This document shows positions 32,149 to 41,773 of a stretch of 47,832 bases of DNA, piece after piece. Origin of the DNA: Asterionella formosa (Eukaryota). The notes under the pieces are model-generated. The model was not told where the DNA came from and did not search any database. It was given only the letters and a program-made list of their open reading frames with translations. Positions within the stretch are counted from its first letter, which is position 1. Every line of letters begins with the position of its first letter. Made by a program: the position numbers and the translations under genes. The stretch spans positions 1 through 47,832 of the forward strand of contig NKIB01014085.1 in the NCBI GenBank assembly GCA_002256025.1. The letters run 5' to 3'.

Positions 32149-34632
32149 CTAATTGCTCTCAATCGCTTGGAACTCCAATGTCCACAACTCTCTATCATGA
32201 ACAGTAACGGTTCTCAATCCATTCTCTTGACATCCCAACACGCGACTTGTATATTCATCGCCGTCATCCTCGATGCTATCGGTCGACTTGATGGATACAT
32301 CATCAACAACTTCATTGGCTTTGTAGGACATGAGCTCGTCGAAGGAATCCGGATGGTCACTCAGTCCGGAAATAATGTTTGCCCGGCCTCGGACTAATTG
32401 CTTCATTATTCGAGGAGGCAAGGACTTGGGGTCACAGTCACAAAACACGAACAACGGGAATTTCGCCATTCGAGATTGTTCCATTACTTCCCTCAACCAT
32501 GTAACTTGCTCGCTGTGACTTTCGACATTGGACGATTGGAGTGCTAGACAGCAGGCTCCCGAATGCCAAAAAGTGAAAAAGTGGCTGCCATCCATGGCAA
32601 CGACTGGGATCGAGTCATTAACGCGGGCCAATAGCTTGCGGCAAGACTCGTCGAGGAATCCACAGCACACGACCACCTTGGGCCGTGTTCGGTTAATTGT
32701 GGCAATGCACTTTCTGAACAATTTTGTGTACTTTTTACGTGCCTCGTCGGAGCAGTTCTCATTAATTTCCTGGTTAAGCAACGGATTGGTAATCTGAACA
32801 ATTGGAATAGGATCGACCGCAACAGTATGGCCATGTATATCTGGCTCGGGCTGGGCAGGATATTGACCCATGTTGTCTGTCATTTGAGTTAACCCAACAT
32901 AATCTCGTGTTTCTTGTCGTATTTTGTCAAGCCGATATCCCACTGGAGATTCAAAGAAGCGCCTGTAAATCATGGGCTCGTGAAGTCTTAGCTGTCGTTC
33001 TAACAAATGCATGATGGCTTTGCGGTCTCGAAGGTCCAATCGCAACATGTCATGTGAAGATCCATCTCCTGGTGGATGGCGGTCGCAGAGGTCCAAATCA
33101 TTAGCATCTTGACGCACCAATTCGGCACAAGCTCGAATGCACAAATCACGAAGTGTAGGTACTGGTGAGTGGTCTCGAAAGTCGCTAGCAAGCGGAAGGT
33201 CCGCATGGTTGGACTTTTTTGAAAAGTAAGCATGCTCTCGAATGGCATTGTAGCCTCCTTCCATCTTGACAATACTCTTTTTCAAGTTTCCCTTCACATG
33301 AAAGCAATCTGCTCCCAATCTTTTATTTGGTTCTCTCTGCATCAATTCCCGAATTAGGTCCCACGCATCATCATCGGCGATTCCCTGTGGACGGAGCAAA
33401 TTGCATCGCTTTATTTTCATGAAAGCCAAATACTGGGATGGACTCCAAAAGGGTGTCATTCCTGTATGTAATTGAAAGGCGATCGCTCCAAGCGCCCATA
33501 AGTCAGCGGTATGATCAGCTCCTTTGTCACCCTTGGCTTGTTCGTCTGCCATGGTTTGCGGGCCTGATGAACCAGAAACTGCTTCCGGTGACATAAAGTC
33601 AGGGGTACCCACAAATTCGGGCCCATTCAAGTCTGTTTCAACCAAATCTTTGGCAGTTCCAAAGTCAATGATAATTACATGTCCCGATTTGGATAGCAGC
33701 ACGTTTTCAGGCTTTAAATCTCGATGTACAATTCCGTGCGAATGAATGTGTTCGAGTGCATCCAAAATCTCCATGAGGTATACTTTACTCAAGGAGCGAT
33801 GACACCCCACCATTTTTTCATTCAATCGAATCGTACTCCACAAGTCCCCACATTCCATGTGCAGATCCATCAAGTAATAGAGAGAATTGTAATCTTGAAA
33901 GGCATGGTACATGCGCACAATATTCGTCTGATGTGGGAGCCGTTCCAAGAGGGCTCGGCGTTCCATTTGAATTTCGTTATATACATTGGGGTGCTGCCTT
34001 TTGGCTAGTTCAGCGGCTTTCTTCTTTTCAATAATTTTGAGGGCAAATTGCTCGTACGTGATACGATGGGTGGCAACGACAATCTCGGAAAAGTTGCCGA
34101 AGCCCAGTTCCTTCCCCTTGATGAATTCTCGAATCGACACCATGCGAGCCACGTCCTTGACGGATGTAATGTCATTCGTAGCGGTAGTGTCAGATTCTCC
34201 CGCTTGCGCTTCTTCAAGCAATTCCTTGAGCGCCTTGCGCTGTCCCTTGGTGTGCTCATCTACATTGGCCTTGTCTAGAATGTGCATGCCCCCCTGAATA
34301 GTGTCCACAGCATTACCAAACGACTTTAACGCAATTTGCGTCTTAGCCAATCGATAAAAGGCTTTGATGTTCTTATGATCAGAAGCTTCGAGCGCTTGAT
34401 GGGCATCCATCTGCGCATCTTCGTAGCGTTCCATCTTGCTCAGACAAGCGGAACGATTGCATAAATTCACAATCAAGGCTTCCTTATTGCGTTGGGAGTC
34501 AGCCAAATCCACGGCAGCATTGTACAATGCAAGAGACTGATCGTAATCTCCCTTGCTGAAATGATGGTTTCCCATTTGACGGAGATCGTCGAGGGAGTAG
34601 GAAGGCGAAGGAAGGGGAGGAGGAGGGGTCAT
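32149..34632 (-). CDS. TPR + PDK1-like AGC Ser/Thr kinase + degenerate calcineurin-like phosphoesterase domain, 827 aa
   Basis: TPR (GNHHFSKGDY..., NRSACL..., KAFYRLAK). Kinase motifs LGFGNFS, ALKII, HRDLKPEN, DFGTAK, FVGTPDFMSPE, DLWALG. The C-terminus is colinear with CPPED1-type phosphoesterases. Confidence 0.9.
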   Translation of the reverse strand: MTPPPPLPSPSYSLDDLRQMGNHHFSKGDYDQSLALYNAAVDLADSQRNKEALIVNLCNRSACLSKMERYEDAQMDAHQALEASDHKNIKAFYRLAKTQIALKSFGNAVDTIQGGMHILDKANVDEHTKGQRKALKELLEEAQAGESDTTATNDITSVKDVARMVSIREFIKGKELGFGNFSEIVVATHRITYEQFALKIIEKKKAAELAKRQHPNVYNEIQMERRALLERLPHQTNIVRMYHAFQDYNSLYYLMDLHMECGDLWSTIRLNEKMVGCHRSLSKVYLMEILDALEHIHSHGIVHRDLKPENVLLSKSGHVIIIDFGTAKDLVETDLNGPEFVGTPDFMSPEAVSGSSGPQTMADEQAKGDKGADHTADLWALGAIAFQLHTGMTPFWSPSQYLAFMKIKRCNLLRPQGIADDDAWDLIRELMQREPNKRLGADCFHVKGNLKKSIVKMEGGYNAIREHAYFSKKSNHADLPLASDFRDHSPVPTLRDLCIRACAELVRQDANDLDLCDRHPPGDGSSHDMLRLDLRDRKAIMHLLERQLRLHEPMIYRRFFESPVGYRLDKIRQETRDYVGLTQMTDNMGQYPAQPEPDIHGHTVAVDPIPIVQITNPLLNQEINENCSDEARKKYTKLFRKCIATINRTRPKVVVCCGFLDESCRKLLARVNDSIPVVAMDGSHFFTFWHSGACCLALQSSNVESHSEQVTWLREVMEQSRMAKFPLFVFCDCDPKSLPPRIMKQLVRGRANIISGLSDHPDSFDELMSYKANEVVDDVSIKSTDSIEDDGDEYTSRVLGCQENGLRTVTVHDRELWTLEFQAIESN

Positions 34633-35286
34633 CGTGGATTGTATAATAATATTACAGCATCAGCTAGCTTTTTAATTTATTTTGCTATAATAAATGTTAT
34701 CACTTTCCAAGGTACCAGGTACCAGGTATTTATTGTGCAACATACGGGGGACGAAGACGATGCGACACAAAAATAACTCATCGTTGCTACAGTTCTTACC
34801 ACAGGAATCTGGTACCAGGGTAACACCCAGCGACTGTATCATGCCAGCTGCCGTTCATAGTACGGGTACCACCAGGGTACCAGGTACATGGTACCGTCCG
34901 CCTCTGGTACAAATGGGATCCCGAAAATACGTCGTTTAAAATCATGTTCGATGTCGTAATCATTGGCTGTTTTAGCAAGAAAGGTAGCTAACTAGTGGTA
35001 AGCAATATGGGGTACCCTGATATGTGGCCAAAACGATCTGGGATTATAATAGGCTTGATGGACAAGTTTGACAGGCAATGTGGTATATTAACCAAGTCTA
35101 CATTCTTCTTAGGGAGACTCCATCAATGTTGCACTCTAGTAGAGAAAAGTAATCAAGCAAGAAACTCACAAAGAAAATCCTATTTATACTGCCGTAGACG
35201 CCGCATACCGACATAGCGCGCCAATTCAGTCAATCCTCACGACCAATGCAATTGAGTAATAAATGACAATGTACGTGTGTACTAGT

Positions 35287-36930
35287 TTAGAAACATTTTC
35301 GGTGAACAATACTAGGACCAGACTCATCATACTCCTCCTTCGAGATCCACATGGACTGGAAAGTAGAAAGGGAAGCCAAAATGGAACCTCCGATCCAGAC
35401 AGAGTACTTGCGCTCTGGAGGAGCGACAATCTTGACCTTAATGGAAGCAGGGGCAAGAGCGGAAATTTCCTTCGCCATACGCTCAGAGATTCCAGGGAAC
35501 ATGGTGGTACCTCCGGAAAGGACAATGTTGGCATACAAGTCCTTACGGATATCAACGTCACACTTCATGATTGTCTGGAAAGTGGAGTCAGCAATACCGT
35601 CCATTTCAAGACCAGTAAGGTTAGGCTGGAAAAGAACTTCTGGGCATCGGAAGCGTTCGTTACCAATGACAATGATGTTTCCATCAGGAAGCTCAAACGA
35701 CTTCTCAAGGGCGGAGCTCTCAGCGGCCTTCTTCATCTCCTCCTCGAAATCGACAGCGACGAAACACAAACTCTCCTTGATATCACGGACGATTTCTCGC
35801 TCGGCAGTGGTTGTAAGGGAATAACCACGTTCCGTTAGGATCTTCATGAGGTAATCGGTAAGATCACGGCCAGCAAGATCAAGACGAACAACCGCATGGG
35901 GGAGGGCGTAACCCTCGTAAATAGGAACAGTGTGGGTAACACCATCTCCAGAGTCAAGAACACATCCAGTGGTACGCCCAGACGCGTAAAGGGAAAGGAC
36001 GGCCTGGATATTAACATACATGGCAGGGACATTGAAAGTCTCGAACATGATTTGGGTCATACGTTCACGGTTGGCCTTTGGGTTCTGAGGCGCCTCGGTA
36101 AGGAGGACCGGGTGTGCTTCAGGGGCAACACGGAGCTCATTGTAGAAAGTATGATGCCAAATCTTCTCCATGTCATCCCAGTTGGTGACGATTCCGTGCT
36201 CAATAGGGTACTTCAAGGTCAAAACTCCACGCTTGGCTTGGGCTTCGTCTCCAACATAAGCATCACGTTGTTCCATGCCAACCTGAAAATTGAAACGAGA
36301 AGCGATTAGTTCGGGGTCACGGTGCCAGATGAAGAATCACATATCCGCTGTGGGAACATGTCGGTCTCGGACTGCAAAAAACAAACAGCGCCTCGCCATG
36401 TAAACAAATGACACTTTCGCTTTCCTTCCTCATGTACTCACCATGATACCTGGTTGACGAGCGCGCCCGATCAGGGAAGGAAAAACGGAACGAGGAGCAT
36501 CGTCTCCAGCGAAACCGGCTGTTAAGAAGTTGGAGTATATACAGCAGAGTGAGCAATTTTTCGAAAAATTTAGCAGTATTCGTGTAAACGTGGATGATTT
36601 GAAGCAAACTGCTGCTCTCACGGTCAATGGAGCTACTGAGCCATGGCAAACAACCAACAATGACGCTCTCGATTACATTGAGCAAGACAAGAGGATGCGA
36701 ATAAGGTTCATGGCGATGATTCGGATGGCTCTTTGCAGAGAGAAACGAGAAGAAAGGTTACGCGATGAAACGTGGGAACCAAAGACAAGATCAAAATTCA
36801 TTTGACACATGACTGAAATGTTCTTCCTTTCCTTTGCAATTCATTTGTTTGTCTCTAGCAACATACCCTTGCACATTCCAGAGCCATTGTCAATGACAAG
36901 GGCAGCGATATCCTCGTCTTCAGCGGACAT
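35287..36930 (-). CDS. ACT: Actin, 378 aa; exons 36930-36867, 36518-36442, 36282-35287
   Basis: Canonical actin sequence. GTATGT..ACAG intron (348 nt) and GTGAGT..TCAG intron (159 nt) restore [13 protein letters not shown]...GIM|VGMEQ in frame. Confidence 0.98.
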
Positions 36931-38217
36931 TGTAGAGTTGTTGTTTGGGTTTGCTGTTGGAGGTTTATAAGCGCCCGAGGTTTTATAGAAGTTTCTATTT
37001 GCATCACCACAGACGCAATGCAGACCAGCCACTGTAATACGTAGGTTCTACAGGAAATCGGACCATGAGCTGGGAACCAATGTGAATCCATTGGGTAAAG
37101 ATACACTGACAAACTGATAATAAGTTTTTTGAATTTTGTTTTTTCGATTGCTGTAGCTAGCCGAGCTTGCGTGCCGACGAACAAGCAATCCAGTCCATGA
37201 CGAAATTAGGGTTATTTTCCACTTGCCGCCGTGATTGCAGTATTTACCATATACTGGAGTGCACTCCCTGTAACACAGCACCGCGACAGAAATGCTTGGT
37301 TCTCCTACCAGGTACTCTACCATACTCGTCAGCCAGCCACGATCTCACATTTCATATCATGATCACACAAATGATAGTGAAGAACGACATGATATAACAT
37401 TCATATGTGGATACATGCATGAGCCACATCAAGAATCAAAGTACCGGTATACAGGAAGGAGCAGGAAAACACCAACGGAAGAAATTTCTAAAATCGTCGT
37501 AAGTACCTGGTATAACAGGTACCTGGTACCCCCTGTATCTACCAGTATGACAAGCTGGCCTCTATGGTACCTGGTACCCTGGACCCTGGCACCTTGCTTA
37601 CCCAGAGCAACGTGACGGAATCAAGATAACAACGGTACTGGTGCTACTCCCTGTACACTTACTACCTGTAAATACTACCAGAGTGGTTGTCTATCGCCCA
37701 CAGACCATGCATGTCCGGTTTACCACCTTATTCGAGTAATACGTAGTTTCAAGCAACAAACAATACACATGATACGAACATACAGAGGAATCTAAAAGGA
37801 AAAAGAGCAGTCTCAAGACAATGATAACTTGCCAATCCATAATACGAAATGGAATGAGAGAGAACAAGATTGTAACCCTACTGCATGAGCTAACTATCAC
37901 ACCAACTGTGACACGGTGGATGACCAAGCAGCACTAGTCCACATACCAGTAGACTACCAGGTACCGTACATGTTAGTTAACAATCAGGAAGTCAAGGTGA
38001 ATACGTTAATGCAGACTTATATTGGGTTGCAGTGCACTATACGATTCGTCAGGGGACTCCAAAATGTGGGTTACACTGGACTAATACTCAATATGGAAAG
38101 ACTGACAGTTACCTGTCTGTATCGACTTCTTATCTTTAGAGCTCCATCTATAGATGTGTCGATCACCTTCTACTATGGGTAAACAGCCATTCCACTGCTT
38201 AACTCAAAATGTAGCCA

Positions 38218-39067
38218 TCAATCTAGACATTCTTCAATTCCCAATGCTTGACAAGTCTGTTTTTGCAACAATAATCTAACTTGTGCCCTCTTTTTCATCG
38301 CCAATGTATATGCCTCCTTCAGTTCCACCTCCACAATTTGATTCGACCTTAACAATTCCTGAATCCTCGTCATTTGTTGAGTCCTTGTTCGCTCCATCCC
38401 CTTTAAGTGTGACACTCGCTCAGTTACAGCTTCACTTTTTTCTAAAACCCTCGATGCCAGAGTTGCAACCAAACCTGCGTCCTTTTCTCTCTCTACCAGT
38501 TGATAGATTCGTATATAGTCCTCTCGCTTGTGATTTTGTGTTGTACCACCAACCCGCTGGACTGCTGCTACTGTATCCACATCGGCATTGCGATAGTTTT
38601 GCCAAAATTCTTCAAAGTCAGGTTCCGTTGAAGAATTGCTGGTCGCGGCTGTATTTCCAGATTCAGGAGCGACAGCATCACGGAGGCCTCGGAGGGCTTC
38701 AAACATGGCAAGCGAGAGCCTAAATATAATAGTAAGTGGAGTAATAAAAAAAGATTGGGTTTGTGACATTCAGAAAGCCAAATCAATTATTATGAAAATT
38801 AAGTTGACTTACCCATCTGTTGATAAATTGTATTGAAGGAAATTTATCAACGGGTCAGAAACGCTTGTTTTGATAAAAACCAAAATAATTTTATGTTGTG
38901 TTGTGTCTCAATCTTTTATGTTTGGATTCCTTCTCACCTATACTATCTAGAATTGCGGTAATTTCGTCAGTTTTTAGATCTGGCGCAGTCTTTGGAAAAA
39001 TAGAAACAATTTGAGGATCTGTGGATGGAACAGGAGCCATTGGCTCCTCTGTCGTTGTTGCCGCCAT
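38218..39067 (-). CDS. MED21: Mediator subunit Med21/Srb7-like, 211 aa; predicted exons 39067-38938, 38816-38813, 38719-38218
   Basis: TDEITAILDSI-DG-LSLAMFEALRGL resembles the Med21 N-terminal helices. LASRVLEKSEAV...SHLKGMERTRTQQMTRIQELLRSN resembles its C-terminal coiled coil. The reading frame is restored by a 4-nt exon. Confidence 0.75.
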
Positions 39068-40599
39068 CCTGTTATTTTGAAGCTGAGGGTTGAGAAAATG
39101 ATGGTTGTCCAATTTATAATTCAGGTGTATTTTACCGGTATTGCCGTGCATTCATAATCGAAGGATGATGTTTGATGTGCACCAGACCACAATCCAAGAA
39201 GTATGCTGTAGACGTTTTGCTGCAGGCAACAATCCTACGGTACATCGTTGGTTGTGATGTACCAGGTACCGCATATACATATGGGTTTGCATGTGCCGTA
39301 TGTTCTGTATTTATTTATAATTTAAGACGCATGTAAATCGCCTGGAAGGTTCTGTCGGCCTGTAATCTGCAAATGCTCCGTCTACTCTTGTATCTACTGT
39401 ACCGGTACTCTACCAGAAAGTTACGGTCATTTTGCTAAAATAAGAAATTTTATCTTCGATAAAAAAGCTAAATCCTTAGTTCAGCATGATTACCGCAACT
39501 TGCAGGTATTCCCTCTATGTAGTTGAAAATAATTGCGTCAATTCTTAAAATTTCTCGGGGGCAATGTTGATCAACACGATTTTCTCCGACTCAATTGTCC
39601 TAGTATGCGCCACATAAAAGACTAGAGATCTACCGGTATGTATGTTATTAAAAAAAGTTAACTTCAAATTGGCAACTACGTCTCAAAAAGACGTGTTAAA
39701 GCTTTTTCGATTTTCACTTTTGCCTATCTCGCTCGAGCAAAATGCAGCCAGCCAGATACCACCCATTTTTTGCCACAACTCAATCTTAACAAGTAGGGGG
39801 GCAGGTGGGGGGGTTCTGGTGCTATATGGCTGCATTAGATTCAAAACGTTCCCCTGTCCTCCTTTCTACTAATTAAGAGAAAGCAGTCAATATCCATATC
39901 GCTACTTTTTGTTTCAAAGTGGCTTATTTATCATACATCCACAAAAATTTGTTACAATTCACGATTTGCCAACCGTAAACTACTATGATAGTATATGCTA
40001 CACATAAATTGAAAATATGTGTTGCTTAGTACTATGATATAATTTATGTTTCAACCAGATCATCGAAGGCAAAAGTAGCCACTCCGTATCCTCAAATGTT
40101 CATGCACCACTTTGCCGAATCGTAGGAGTTGTGTAAAGGCTCCAAAACAAGAGCCCTGTGGCCAACATGGTAGAGGTGAGTCATATCTCTGTTTCCTGAG
40201 ATATACCTTGAGAGGTCCCACATCACACATTGTTCCTGGAGCTTGCTTTCGTGCTCTCCATCTTGACTTTAACATCCCGTTCATTTTCACCAGGAGTGAT
40301 CTTGTTGTCGATGTAGGTCAACACGCACGGACAGAACAGTAACAGCACTTCTAGAGCCTGGATAGCTTGCTAGTGGAACTTGCAAGTCCCCTTATTGTTG
40401 CACGCCCCTAGCCCAAGAATCCATCCATCCGGCTCCATCCGAACGACCACATCGTCGGCGACAATGGTGCTTGGCTGATTGTTGCATCAAGTCGTCATGT
40501 CATTTGTCATTTGTATAAGTATCTATGGTTCTACATATGTATTATATATTGATATGTTCAAATGGTTTCGAATAATTTATTTAGGTGCTGATAATATCA

Positions 40600-40680
40600 A
40601 ACTCCAGCTATCATGAGGTATGCGGTGGGAGTTATGGTGAGGGCGAGTTGACCATTGCTGAGTCCTCCTCCAATACCATC
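40600..40680 (-). mobile_element. Tiny gag-like fragment of a diatom copia (CoDi-like) retrotransposon
   Basis: GIGGGLSNGQLALTITPTAYLMIAGV resembles the GGG.HGHL.L...PA.Y motif at the start of such gag ORFs. Confidence 0.45.
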
Positions 40681-41004
40681 TTTTACATGAGGTTTGGCTA
40701 ACTTGCGTTTGTTATTAGCTACATAGATGTGAACATATACTCTGATTCTGTATTTAATTGGCGATCACGAGAAGTGCATATGAAATGAGAAGGTTTATGA
40801 TATTGATAAGAAATGTTGTTGATCAGTTGATATACATTGTGTGATGATAATGTTCTTATTATCATTATACTTTGAGTTTGGTAAAATTTAATAAATTATC
40901 ATAGTTACAGGATACCTTGATCATAGTTTTGATCCAAAAATTATTATATATATGAAAATCCTGTGCCAATACCTTTGATCCTATATGCATGAGGCTTTTT
41001 ATAT

Positions 41005-41245
41005 GCAGACACTGTGCTCCCACTCCGGACAAGCTGACATCCTAACATACTACAAATGAAGCACTGTTTTGCTCCCCAGCAGCCACGAAGGCCTCACTCC
41101 ATGACGCCTCCAACATCTCAACAATGAGGAGTCACAGGCGCTCCAACAGTTCCTCACTGCACAGTCCATTGAATGTCAACTTGCGGAAACATGTCCATTG
41201 TTGCAACTCTACCAAACGTGCCATCCACATGTTTAAAACCACTTT
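41005..41245 (+). mobile_element. Decayed Ty1/copia (CoDi-like) integrase core fragment
   Basis: QHLNNEESQALQQFLTAQSIECQLA / HVHCCNSTKRAIHMFK.HF corresponds to QRLDNE.S..L..F.....I.YQL....HRRN.AERAIRTFKNHF. Confidence 0.75.
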
Positions 41246-41773
41246 AAAACCATGATTATATTACGACGTAATCACCTTCACGTACTAATTATTTGATATA
41301 TTTCAATTAATTCTGTAATTTAGTTCACATTGCCTCATATTTTTGTTCACGTAATTCTATAATATAGTTCACTTAATTTATTAAATTTGTTTACGTAATT
41401 CTGTAATTTCGTTCACGCAATTTAAAAGTACTATCAAATAATGTTGATTACTAATCCATGGGAAAAATCTCGATATGAGTTCTTGGCTGATGAAGGATTT
41501 GTTAATGATGAGGCGCTGAAAAGCTAGAAGGGGTATGCTGGTTTAAGGGCTGTCCCCATGTTGAAAACATATTGTGCACAGTGGCGGTTAAATGTTGTCT
41601 TTTTGAATTCAGAGGATCAAAAATCCTGGAGCAGCCATGACTTCATCTTTGTACCAACAGAACCTGCAATCTACGTAAAAAGACTGGCGCAGTCTTACTT
41701 CGTCGGGACAAATTCTGATACTACAAGTGTGACCTAAAACAAATATGACAAGAAGGAGAGGACACAGGAGCCA

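Noticed and set aside
35263..36309. Long antisense ORFs over actin (and over Tom40, the kinase and the BT1 transporter)
   Set aside because: Shadow ORFs caused by codon bias of the real genes.
36591..36643. C/D-box snoRNA-like stretch (TGGATGAT...CTGAGCCA) in actin intron 1
   Set aside because: It is antisense to the host transcript, the C box is non-consensus and no guide sequence is recognisable.
40060..40342. Possible Harbinger/ISL2EU-like fragment
   Set aside because: Only a vague LLFWSLY resemblance, which is insufficient.
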